64,000 nt of DNA from Stegostoma tigrinum (lineage: Eukaryota), in contig NC_081393.1 in the NCBI RefSeq assembly GCF_030684315.1, forward strand, positions 14,503,479-14,567,478, written 5' to 3'. Of this stretch, positions 51,165 to 63,335 are shown piece after piece. A model generated the notes under the pieces. It did not search any database, was not told where the DNA came from, and saw nothing but the letters and a program-made list of their open reading frames with translations. Made by a program: the position numbers and the translations under genes. Positions within the stretch are counted from its first letter, which is position 1. Every line of letters starts with the position of its first letter.

Positions 51165-53840
51165 CATAAGACCATTGGAAATAGCAACAAGAGTAGGCCA
51201 TTTGGTTCCTTGAGCCTGCTCCACTATTCAATTGGACCATAGCTGGTCTGACATTCCTCATGTCCGCTTTCTTACTCTTTCCCCACAGCCCTTGATTTCC
51301 CTATTCATCAAGAATCTATCTATTCTAGCCTTAAGTGTGCACAAGGACCCTGCCCCCATATATGTGTATAGCAAAAAGTACCATACACTCACTACAGTCT
51401 GAGAGAAGAAATTCCTCCTCATCTCGGTTTTAAACAGGTGCCTCTTCATTTTGAGACTATACCCTCTGGTCCTAGACTCTGTCATGAGGGGAAATATCCT
51501 TTCAGTATTTACTCTGTCAAGCACCTTAAGAATCCTTTATGTTTCAATGAGATCACCTTTCATTCTTCAAAACTCCCATGATTGGAATCTCAACTTGTTT
51601 AGCTTTTGCTCATATGACAATCTCGCCATACCGGCGGTCATCCTTGTGAAACTACTCTGAACTGCTTCCAATTTTAAAATATTTTTCTTCAAATAAGGGG
51701 ATCAAATCTGTACACAGTATGACAGATATGGTCTCACCAGAGCCTTTACAGTTGCAGTCAGACTTTCCTGCTCTTCTTCTCCAAACCTTTTGAAATAAGG
51801 GCCAACATTCCATTTGCCTTTCCGATTACCTGATGCATCTGTATGCTAGCTTTCCATGTTTTGTGCAAAAATATCCCCAAGTCTCTTAGTGTTGCAGCTT
51901 TCTGCAGTCACTTTTTTTATTTTACTGCTCTTTCGTTCTCCTTTATAAAATGAACAAGTTCACATTGTCCACATTGTACTCCATTTGTCAACTTCTTGCA
52001 CACTCACCTCACTGATCAATATCGCTCTGTAAACTGGTTGTATTCCTCTTGCAACCTGCATTTCCACCTGATTTAGTGTTGTCTCCAAATTCAACTACAG
52101 TATATTCGCTTATTTTCTCCGAGTCAATTATATATATCATAATCAGTGATTCCCTGTGGAACACCATTGGTTATAAGTTGCCAACCTGTAAAAGAACCCT
52201 TTTCCCCCACTTGCTATTTCCTGCCCATGAGGCAATTCTCTATCTATGCCAGCATAGTACCTCCAACATTGTAGGCTCTTATCTTATTGACTTAACCTTT
52301 TGTGAAAGGCCTTGTCAAATGCCATCTGGAAATCTAAATACAAAACATCTACTGATTCCCCTCGCTCCACTCGGGTTGAAACTTCCTTGAAAAGCTCTAA
52401 TAAATCAGTCTGACAGGATTTGATTAGATAATGATTTTCCAAATGTACTGCTATTACTTCCTTAATAATTGATTCCAGTACTTTTCCAAAAATAGATGTT
52501 TGGTGAAGTAGCCTATAGTTGCTCACTTTTTGCCTTCCTCTGTTTTGAATTTGGGCGTCACATTGGTACCACTTAGTATTTCTCCAAAATCCAGCGATTT
52601 TTGGAAAGTAATAACCAATACATCCAACATCTCTGTAAATACCTATTTTAAGATCCAAGGAGACAAGCCATCATGGCTGGGGCACTTATCTGCTCTTAAC
52701 CACTTTAGTTTGTGTAATTCTACTCCTTGAGTGATGGTGATGGTACTTAATTCTTTATCATTAAAGAATCGCTACAGAGTGGAAACAGCCCTTAGGCCCA
52801 AAAAGTCCACACTGACCCTCACAGCATCCCACCCAGATCCATTCCCCTATAACCCACTTAATCTACACATCCCTGAACACTATGGACAATTTAACATGCA
52901 CCTAACCCGCACTTTGGACTGTGGGAGTCCAAACCGGAGCACCAGAGGAAACCTGTGCAGACACGGGGAGAATGTGCAAACTCCACAAAGACAGTCACCC
53001 AAGGGTGGAACCAAATCCGAGTTCCTGGCACTGTGAGGCTGCGAGTGCTAACCACTGAGCCACCACCCCCTTCCACCAAAAAGACTGATGCAAAATGTCC
53101 TTTTAACTCCTCTGTTATTTCCTTGTTTCCCAAAATTATCTCTCCAAATTCATTTTCTAAGGAGCCTTTGTTTACTTTGACCTCTCTTTTCCTTTCGTAT
53201 GTTCGAACAAGCTCTTATTGTCGGTTTTTATCTTCCTCATTCATTTGCCTTTGTAATTTATTTTCTCTGACATTTTCTTTTTAGTCTTCCTTTGATGAAT
53301 GCTGAATTTATCTCAGTCTTCAGAGCTATCACTGACTTTGGCCTCCTTATATGCTTTCTCTTTCAACTTTATACTCTCCTAACTTCCTTGCTTAGCCATG
53401 TTTGGTTTATTTCTCTTTTAGAATTCTTCCTCCTTATTGGAATATATTTTTGCAGAGTGTTATGAATTGCCTCCTTAAATGTCTGCTGTTGCTTGCTTAC
53501 TATCACTCCAGTTAATCGATCTACCCAGTTCACTTTAACTAAATCTAACCTCATTTCATTGTAGATCCCTTTATTTAAGTTAAATACAGTCATTTCTGAC
53601 CCAAAGTTTCTCACTCTTGAACTGAGCAATAAATTCTATAATGTTGTGATCACCACTTCCTAAGGGACCTTTTCATTTACTAAACTGCCTTATTACCTGT
53701 TACAGGTGCAAGACAGCCCACTGGCTGGTTGGATCCATGATATATTGCTCTCAGAAACTATCCCTAATGTGCTCTATAAATTCTTTTTCATTGCTACCCT
53801 TTGCAATTTGATTGACCCAATCAATGCAAAGATTGAATTC
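51165..53840 (-). mobile_element. Decayed CR1 LINE (endonuclease end to 3' UTR) with nested HE1 SINE
   Basis: YLDFQMAFDK (ORF 52284-52658), LGSGDHNIIEF endonuclease terminus near 53640-53665, TRGYSLK..FFSQTVV. Confidence 0.88.
52765..53068 (-). mobile_element. HE1-type V-SINE (5'-truncated copy also at about 57583-57772)
   Basis: TGGCTCAGTGGTTAGCAC head and V-domain. Confidence 0.85.
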
Positions 53841-53852
53841 ACCCACTTGAGG

Positions 53853-54200
53853 AGGGGATGGCCCAGTGGTATTATCATTGGACTGTTAATGCAGAGACCC
53901 AGGTAATGTTCTGGAAACCTGAGTTAAAAGCCAACCATGGCAGATGGTAGCATTTAAATTCTTGTTTAAAAATCTGGAATTAACAGTCTGACCATGAAGC
54001 CAGTGTCGATTACTGAGAATAACCCATCTGGTTCACAAATGTACTTTTGGGAAGGAAACTGCCATCCTTACAAGGTCTGGACTACATGTAACTCCAGACC
54101 CACAGCAATGTTGTTGACTCTTGACTGCCATCTGGGCAATTAGGAATAACAATAAATGCTGGCCTAACCAGTGATGTACACATCCTGTGAATGAACAAAA
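53853..54200 (+). mobile_element. Deu-domain SINE (SacSINE1-like)
   Basis: tRNA-like head GGCCCAGTGGTATT, body GGAAGGAAACTGCCATCCTTAC...ACTCCAGACCCACAGCAATG, LINE-derived tail GGGCAATTAGG...AATAAATGCTGGCC. Confidence 0.7.
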
Positions 54201-54675
54201 TAATTTAAAATTTTTTTTTAACATGCTCCTGTGATTAATTGATCTATAGACTTTCCCAAGAGTCGCTTCTGCTTTGGGGATCTAAGTTACAAACACTGCA
54301 ACACGTTGGGGAGGGGAGAGAACACCCCTTTAATTAATTATCTTGAATTCACTCAGTGGTCAGGGACAAGAGGATGTGACTATACCTCATACCTCCCAAT
54401 CAATTGCAACTTCCTATTGCAAGTTTGCTTTGTGCTTTTATCTTTGCTGATGCAGTGAAATTGTAATAAATTAAATTCTGATTACCCTAAATCTTGCTTG
54501 TGTCGAAGTTGTCTGCCATTCTTGCTGATAAAGTAGCATTTCCAATGGAACAATGCCTGCAATCAGCCGATGTTCCAAGCTAGTAACTCCAGATTAGCTG
54601 AATTTATGCTTCCAAATGGGCAGCAATTATTATGTTATTTCCTATAACATAAATAAACTGGGCATGGATATTGTG

Positions 54676-54912
54676 ATCAGAGATAATGGGAACTGCAGAG
54701 GCTGGAGAATCCAAGATAACGAAGTGTGGAGCTGGATGAACACAGCAGGCCAAGCAGCATCTTAGGAGCACAAAAGCTGACGTTCCGGGCCTCGACCCTT
54801 CAGCAGAGAGCTATCATCCTCTAAATGAAGGGTCTAGGCCCGAAACGTCAGCTTTAGTGCTCCTAAGATGCTGCTTGGCCTGCTGTGTTCATCCAGCTCC
54901 ACACTTTGTTAT
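54676..54912. mobile_element. Palindromic mini-PLE with perfect 18-bp TSD
   Basis: CTGGGCATGGATATTGTG at 54658-54675 and 54913-54930; inverted arms with two degenerate hammerhead cores. Confidence 0.9.
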
Positions 54913-55929
54913 CTGGGCATGGATATTGTGGTCCTGAAGTACATATCAGACATTTATTAGGACTAATTACTGTATATAAACATTATGTTGCGTGGAAACA
55001 TAAGCATTTGAGCAAATATAAAGTGATGAAGCTTTCCAGGTGTCCAGGCACAGTGGGAAATCAATTTGGGTAAGCACCTTATTAGATTGAGGTATTCAAG
55101 CAGATAATAAACTAGGAAATAAAATAAACCGAACTTAATGAGAGCAAAATAATTGGTTTTAAGATACACTTTGGATTTACAAGCCAAATATCATATTGCA
55201 AAGTCAAGAAACATATTTGGTTCAAAAAGACAAGTGAACTTTTTACAAAGTAATTCCATGATTATACAATTAGTCTGTTAGTGACAATGAGCCTGTTCTG
55301 CAGAAATTCAAGCAAAAAATGAATGAGTCTTACTTAATATGGTGTGTTCTTTTCTTGACAGGAGTTTTAAAATTAAACTAAAGGAATGAAAAGAACAAAA
55401 TTCAATGATTTGGTGGTGGAAAAGCCTTTTAGTTGTATGTAAGAGTACTTCTGGAGGTGAAAAAAGGAAAGAAAAAGATTTTGTGGTTTGATCATTACTA
55501 TTTATAGTGTAGGGTCTTTATTGACGTACCCTGTAGGGAAACATTAACTGCAGCTTTTGGCTTTACATGCTTCTGCAGATTCAAAAGTTGCTGTCAGTTT
55601 CCGAAGGATAATGACAGCACATACAGACATATGGACACACAGTTTCAGCATCACCACGAAAATCTTGATTGAAGTCTGTTCGCGTCCTTAGTACCTGTCT
55701 CAATAAATTGAATATGTTGCTCCCAGATTACAGAGACACAAGCGGGACCGTAGTTGAGATGGTCATCTCATAACCATTCATAAGTGCACTTAGTGGTGAA
55801 GATTATATCTGACTTTCTGAAGGTTGTTGAAGCTGCTCTTCTCTGCATTGCAATGGAGTTAGAAGTGGTGCACAGAGCTATGCCAATTCGTACTTATGAG
55901 CTGATGATCAAAGACAAAGAGTAGGCTGA

Positions 55930-56480
55930 AACAGAAGAAGTGGTATATGACAGATTATTAGTTTATGTGAATAACAGGTTGAAAACGGAAAACATAGAGA
56001 CAAAGTGAAAATTGAACGAAGTGCAAAAAGAAAGTATGTGTGAAGACTAAAACAAAAGGAAATCCTGAAGATTTCTTTACGCATATAAATACGTAGAAAT
56101 GTAATGAGATAAATTCTAGAGCTGATTAAAGACCTAAGGAAAACTACTTATGGAAGCAGAGGACTTAACTGAGAAATTAAAAGAGCACTTTACGTCTGTT
56201 TTTATCAAGGAAGTGAATATATATCAAACCTGTACTTAAAATTGATAGGTCACCAGGACTGGACAGAATGCATCAGTGGTATGGAGGGGATTAAGAGTGC
56301 AAATTTGCAGAGGTACTGGTCATTATCTCCCAATTTTCTTTAATGGGGACTGAGTAATCCATAAGACAACAGAATTGTAAAAGTAAGGGTTGTAAGAATA
56401 AAACATTCAAAACATGCAGACCAATTCGGTTTAACCTTGGTTGTGGCAAAGATTTTGCAAACAACAATCTGGAGGAGAAT
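55930..56480 (+). mobile_element. Old CR1 ORF2 fragment
   Basis: Degenerate AEKLKEHFTSVF and SPGLDRMH (linker PGPD motif). Confidence 0.55.
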
Positions 56481-58590
56481 TAATAGTCCCCAGATAACTG
56501 TGGTTTGTTTCAGAAAAGATAATATTGATTTGTTACAAGTAAGTCTAATGAATAACTGGTTGAGGTACTGTATTAGATATAGGACTGAAGTTCTTGCTAA
56601 CCAAGGAGAACTGCCAGAGCCTCATGATTGCCTAAAATCCAGAATCATGATGTTGGATTGCAAACCTGACATCATCACTCCAATCTGCTGTGGATTGGCC
56701 TTAAATTCTACAACTCACATTCCATTTTCAAATATCTAATTTACAGGACTTCTTGTAAAATCAAATGACTGGAATAAAACATTTTCCAAGCGATAATGTG
56801 ATGAGTGTGTGGAAAAAATAGTTGCTGGGTCATCCAATTTCTCATGCACTGTTCAAAGATGGATACAGACATTGCAAGAGGGACTATGGATTACTTTAAC
56901 AGAAATGTCTGGTGCTGAAATTGTACAATTTAGCTCATGTTAAAATTTTGGCTTTCACAACTTACATCTACATCAGGGCATCTCTCCAGGGAAGGGACAA
57001 AGAGGAAGTGCTGTCATCAACATTGAGTCCTGTACTATTTGTGTTGTAAATCAGTGATATGGGAACTGTCCAAGCTTTTATAAGGAAGCAAGGAGGAGGA
57101 GGAGAAGGAGGAGGCTAGGATGTTGGGAAAATGCTTGAAATAATGAAGGGCCCGGAAAGGAGATTGCAGCAGCAGGCAGACGGAGATAAATGACAGTCTA
57201 CCCTGTCAACTGAGACCACAGAGTTAGACTGTTTAACTGCAGTTGCTGGAATGACAAGCCTCCAATTCTGTATATAAAATGGAAGACAGTTACATCATTT
57301 GGTCGCATGCTTACCGGTGAAATAGCCTCCAACAGTGCAGGTGGCCATCTGACATCTGTGGTCTTAAAAGTGGAGTTTCTTCAACTCCAAATCATTTAAT
57401 AAGTAAATGGTGGCTTTGTACGATCACCCAGTCTGCAGCACAACACTGCGATCAGTTATTCATGGATGCCATGTTTAGGAATGCCCATTTTTGTAGCTGT
57501 TTTACATGTGACAATGCAAGTAAAGCAGAAAGAGTCAGGTTCTTGACCAGATTCCCATGAATACAAGGGGTAATTCAAGAATTATAGAAGCCCTACAGTG
57601 TGGATTCAGCCCATTGAGTCTGCAACAACCCACTGAAGAGTATCCCATCTAGGCCCAAGTCACTACTCTGTAGCCCTGCATTTCCCATGGTTAACTCATA
57701 TAACCTAAACATCCCTGGACACTATGGGCAATTTAGCATGGCCAATCCACTTAATCTGCACATCTTTGGACTGCCCCATCTCGCTGTAAAAGCACCAGCT
57801 GGACAGTCAAGGCATTCACAAACAGGAAAGGATGCCTGCCATTACATGTTCAGATCGTATGAGGTAATAATCAAAGAATAATGAAGGTGCATGCATGGTA
57901 GTTCAGGCTGCTGTTGTGTGGCTGGCAGGTCACATTTTCATATCAGCGGGCATGCGGACACTTACACATGGAGACGGCTTTGCAGGGAATCATTGTCAAA
58001 CCTTGGTCTGGGGCCCAACTCAGTTCCTGGTTCCATTTTCACATCTGTGGAGAATCAAAGAGAGTTACAGGCCTGATTTGGAATATTTCCCTTAACACTT
58101 GCAGTCTTTCTGAGGAATGGGTCAGTTGCATTCCAAAGCATTTTCACTCCTGGCAGAAATCTTGAATGCATCAGAATAGCAGACTACTAATCCACATTTA
58201 ACTGAAATTTTTAACTCGTGCTTTCAGTCATTTGATTTTAATTTCTTCCATGCATACTTTAATGTCGAAAAAGTGATTTCTGTTGCAATTTCCAAAGTTT
58301 CTTGCCAGGTGTGCCTTTGAACAGATTGCTAGGATCAACCTGCAGTTGCCTGCCCTTTCTGTTTCCAGATCTCTCATCTTCCAGTTGACAAGTTCCTACA
58401 AATAGCAAACCAACTTCCCACAAAGTGTTACTGATGCCTTTTGGAGATGCAGGCAGGAATCAGTGATCCACACACTTCCAGGTTGGTTTCCCACCCAACA
58501 GTGAGGTTTGTAAGAGAGGCATGAAGTTTCTTAAGTGTACTCAGGCAGATAACTGGTCATGGTCAGACTTCACAAGCAATTTAGTCCTAC

Positions 58591-58719
58591 TCAGTTAGAA
58601 ATCATGCGTCTGCGATCTCCCAACCAATCACCTCTCCATTGCCAGCAACTGGGTATTTTTTTAGGTCTGTTTTTCTCAATGATTTTTGTCATGGCAGACT
58701 TTGAGTACATGGTTGTAAA
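58591..58719 (-). CDS. Putative terminal exon of unidentified upstream gene
   Basis: Acceptor CATTATCCAG, FTTMYSKSAMTKIIEKNRPKKIPSCWQWRGDWLGDRRRMISN-TGA; non-repetitive sequence; product not recognised. Confidence 0.4.
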   Translation of the reverse strand, partial: FTTMYSKSAMTKIIEKNRPKKIPSCWQWRGDWLGDRRRMISN

Positions 58720-61700
58720 CTGGATAATGACAGTCATTAAATGATTATCCACACCAGGAAATAAAAGTCAACATAATAATTGCACTTCAATGCAATTTGC
58801 ATTACTGGTTTCCATTGTATAGATGCTGCATGTTTGGAAATGATAGTTTATGAGAAATGCAGTGCATACCTCAGAGAAACAACATTACCAAGAGGCAACA
58901 TAGATATGAGCAAATTTATGTTAGCTGCCACACAAGTAGCATGTTTTCTGTACACAGTTGGTCCTATATATATTTACATGTATATTATATATATTTATGT
59001 CATTAATAAATATAAACAATAAACAGTAATGGATGTGTTTCTATTATTTTAGCTTGTCTGTCATTTCAAAGTGCATTTAAATACAGGATCATGTGCAGGA
59101 CAAGACTGTATTCCATAATTATCAATGAACAATACTGTTGTCTTTTGAAAATGTATGATGATAATGTTATTACAAACAACTTTGATCCATTGCTGCATTT
59201 TACGCTGGATTCATAAATGATTGATTATGTTATGTTCCTGTGGGTAGGATCTAAATTACACTTTCTCTTACACTCTCCTCGAGTTACTTGAGAGTTGCAA
59301 GATTATGTAAGGTAAAAGTAAAGTCGCTATAATCCCAGAGGACCATATGGGCTGCTGTATCATTAGAGAGAGAACACTGATGGTGAGGATCACCGTATCT
59401 CACGTGAGGGGTGAGGTAGAGAAGGTGGGCTTTTTGTGGTAAGCTTTTGGGCTCATGAATCTCCTTGTAACAGCAAGGAAAGGTCCATATATATCTCCTA
59501 CTGGTGAAAAATTTTTTCAATTTAATATGTTCTAATTTGATTTGGGGCTCTCCTGATTATTATTTGGGAAAATTAACAAAGTACCATTTGAGTATTGGGC
59601 TCAATGCACCATACTTAACAAAGAACATCCAAAAGCCAAAACCCTTGAAGAGGCTTGGAGAATTACTCTCATGGGGGAGTTTGATTGAGGGATGACAGAG
59701 AAAGGGAAACTAGCTGCTGAAGGAGTGTCATGCACTGTGAACATGCCAAAAACACAGACCGAGTCATAGGAAAGGAACCTTCTCTCTCACCAAATATCTC
59801 ACACCTATACAAGAAAACACCACCAATGTCAGAAACCACTGCAGCTCTTGGATCTGACTTCAAGAATTAAGCACTTTGCTACAATACACAGCACAACAGA
59901 CACACATGGGGACTTGCTTCTCTGTATGCTTTTGTCTTATCGCTGCTTTTTAATATCTTTGTATCTGTACTTTTCAGATGATTTCTTTATCTCTTTCTTC
60001 TTAAGGAGCCTTCAGTAATAGCTCGTAATAAACTATTTTTCAACCTGTTTAAACGAGATGTTTACTGCTGCTCTTCCTGAAGTTAAATTATCACAAATTT
60101 AAAAAAGGCACCAAACAAGCCACAATAATTCAGTTCACTGACCAGGTTGTGGTCACACCCTGATTGATGGTTGTGACAACAAGCACAAGCAATATCTGTG
60201 TTGAATACCAATTGAATAAAAACTCTGAGTTATCCAACAAGAACTGAAGCAGCTTTGTTCCCCCACTCTCAAAACTAATTCTCATTACAAACTTCAGCCT
60301 TCCCAACTCTGAACTAAGTGCCCTCCTTCCACTTATCGACATAACAAAACCTAATTTTACAAGAAACAAACTGGTATCCATCACAGTCATAGTAATTGCA
60401 CTCACAGAATGAGGCTCATGAAGTCTATGTCGCTTTCTCTGGATCAATCAAGACTTTACCACACCCCTGCTGCATTGCTCTAACCTTGCGTATTTATTTC
60501 CCTCAAGTGTTTATCCCATTTATTTTGAAACTAAAAATTGCCTCTATCTCCACTCCTCCACAGCAACAGGTTCGAGGTTATTACCACTTGTTCGTCATGA
60601 AGGTCCTCCTTACGTTCTCCCTGCACCTCTTGCCCAGCACCATCAATTTGTATACTCTGCGAACAGAGACAGATTTTCTTTGTCTATTGTATCTAGAACT
60701 GTTATAATCATTTACGCCACTATCAAATCTTCCCACAATTTTCAAGTGTTCCAAGGAGAACCACACAAGCACTTTCAGAATTTCAGCTGCCAGTGTTTGC
60801 CTGATACAAAACGGTAATTTTTCTTACCAAATCTACTGCATTTGTGGATGAGAAGGGTTCTCTTTTTTGAATGTAACAGCTGAACATTTTCTCAATGATT
60901 AAAATTGCTGGACAACCTCTGCAGCAAATAACAGAACCCAATTCAAATTCAACATCTAGATTTTAATTTAACGTATTTTGCTAATCAACCCGTTTGGAGA
61001 TGTTATTATATACCTGTGGAGCAGGTAGTACTTGAACCAGGCCTCCTGTTCCAGAGTACGGACACTACTACTGTGCCATAAGACAGCCCCAAATTAATCA
61101 TTTATTCTTTATGCCACAATAAAGGTCAGGTTTATGATGTTAGGCCCATTCATGATTACAAATGAAACAGTTATTTTTCCAATTACATTAAATATGGTTG
61201 ATTCTATGCATACATCAGTTTTTGTAGAAACAGGCTGCTTCACAGCATTTCTTTTCCAGAAAAACTTATGGAATGTAACACTTATGGAAGCACATTTCAT
61301 GACAGTTCGAAATTGGTGTAAGTAAAGACTGTGCCACTCTTAGGTGATTCACCATGCATAGAATTACATGTAATATGTACAATATTCATTCAATGTCAAA
61401 CATACAGATTGAGGGATTTTACATGGTTTTCAACACTTCAGTGTGTTACTGTGGGACAGTTTAACACAGTGACATTCCTTCATTGTATCTTTGAGTATCT
61501 ACACTGTTTACTGCGCATCTTCCAGCACACAGGCCTTGTAAAGTATCAGTCTGCAGCACTCAGTCATCTAAAGCTCTTTGCATTTAAAGATAATCATGTT
61601 TTGGACTTACCATAGAGAACCTTCCATCAAGTTGATGGACCTCTAACATGCATTTCATGTTTTGTAACAGTATGCATCTTTGAAAACAGCTCATAGAGCT

Positions 61701-62646
61701 CAGACTTCTACATTGTAGGACATGGACTCAGAGCATGAGTTGGGCTATTTAGGATTGAGGTAAGAAGAGCGTGGTGAGTCTTCAAATAAACAAAGGAGCA
61801 GGAATAGCCAATTCAGCCCATTGAGCCTGCCCCACCATTCAATGCAATCATGGCTGATCAAACAATGCTTTTGTACAGACCCCATCTCCATTACCCTGAA
61901 TGTCACTGCTAATCAGGAATGTGAAACATACGGTAATACTAACAGCATATCTTTATTGCAATGGAGAGGGGGCACTTTTTTTTTTGTTTTACCATAGATG
62001 CATGCACCTTCCACATTTTAGCATCTAACTCAGCCCGTTGAGGCCATATCCCCATTACCTTCAGTTAGTTTGACCTGGTGATATGGTCAAAGGAGTGGAC
62101 AGTCCAATTCCCAAAGAATGTGGCCTCATTCTACCAATGTTTCCTTGGCTTCCAAAACCAATTTGATTGGTCACAAACGTTCATTAGTTCGTTCGAGCAG
62201 AGAGCAGATCCAAGCAAAAGACATTGCCGTGTACTGGAAGGCTTTGAACTGAGTGACTCTGCTTTTTTGAGATTCTGTCCCTCTTATTCTCACATCCTTC
62301 CTGATCACTCAGCAAAAGGTTCAACATAGCATGTGAACAAGGGGAGAGAGAATAGTTCGGCCTGATTCCTGATTTGATCACCAAGCTTTCCGACTCATTG
62401 CTTGTAATTGCGGTATTTGTAAAGGAGTTGCGCCCAATTGCAGATTCCCTCCCCAAACCCTATTGATATACCTGACAAAAGTCTTGACCCTGTGCAAGCT
62501 GTTTAAGCAGATGTCCACACACTTATTACGCACCTGGAGGGTTGCATCTCTGAATATCAAAAGTTGAAGCGATTAGAGAGCTTCCTGCGATGCAGATAAC
62601 AGTTCTGATCTGTTTCACAGTAAGTGTTAAGCTGAGTCTGAATTTA

Positions 62647-62660
62647 CCACCAGGGGGTGC
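62647..62660 (+). promoter_or_regulatory. CTCF-binding motif candidate
   Basis: CCACCAGGGGGTGC, one mismatch from the canonical CCACCAGGGGGCGC core, in unique sequence. Confidence 0.5.
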
Positions 62661-62934
62661 TAATGCACCAAGTGCAGCTCCCGTTCAAGCAAGTGTCAAC
62701 GTCAGAGGAATGTTCAGAAATGAAAATGAGCAGTATTGCTTCGCTGAAAAAGCTTGAGACATGCAAAGGATCCAGAATAGTTGGCATTAGCTTAGTATGG
62801 AACTCAGCTGAAGGTCGATCACTTATTTTCTGTGAAAGAATATTTTCAAATTCTGACATTTTCAAATTACACTGTACAACAAAATGTTTTCTTTTATATG
62901 GTTTGACATTTCTCTGTGTGGATGCAGCACTGAC

Positions 62935-62986
62935 CTGTGACATGATGACTCTAGTTTGATTCATACTCATGTTGTTCCAAACAGGT
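62935..62986 (-). CDS. Putative penultimate exon of unidentified upstream gene
   Basis: Acceptor TATTTTCACAG, 52 nt (x)PVWNNMSMNQTRVIMSQ, donor GTCAGT; ends in phase 0, compatible with the exon at 58591-58719. Confidence 0.45.
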
Positions 62987-63109
62987 CTGTGAAAATAGTT
63001 GAAGATCTGAACTGTCCTGTTCGCCCAAAACCCAAGTATTCACTGACAGAGATAATGCCCCAGTTCAGCAAAGCCTCAAATTAAGAAATCTAAATAAAAA
63101 ATTGAAGGA

Positions 63110-63335
63110 TCTGTGGATCCTGGAAATCAGAAACACAAACGGAACCTGCCGGAAAAACTCAGCAGGCCTAGCAGCAACTGTGGAGACAAAATCAGAGTTA
63201 ATGTTTTGAGGCCAGTGATCCTTCTTCAGAGCAAGGGTCTGAAGAAAAATTACTGGACCCAAGACGTGAACTCTGATTTCTCTCCACTGATGCTGCTGGA
63301 CCTGCTGAGTTTTTCGATCAGTTTCTGTTTTTGTT
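63110..63335. repeat. Palindromic PLE family 3 element (other copies at about 46435-46650 and 49835-49935)
   Basis: Inverted arms GAAAAACTCAGCAGG / CCTGCTGAGTTTTTC; central CTGAAGA on both strands (63223-63229 minus, 63239-63245 plus). Confidence 0.75.

Noticed and set aside
43119-54912. Recurrent palindromic repeats as CRISPR-like or DNA-transposon MITEs
   Set aside because: Dispersed, no spacer periodicity or cas genes; arms match the PLE 3' end and TSD lengths vary (11-18 bp), unlike cut-and-paste elements.
55860-55902. Possible small terminal exon after TCTTTGTCTTTGATCATCAG on minus (also AG..GT segments near 58336-58392 and 62534-62549)
   Set aside because: No recognisable peptide or compatible partner exon; chance splice-like signals are expected.
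62644-62970. 108-aa ORF as a single-exon gene
   Set aside because: Only the part down to the GTCAGT donor at 62934 looks exonic; the remainder is unrecognisable read-through.
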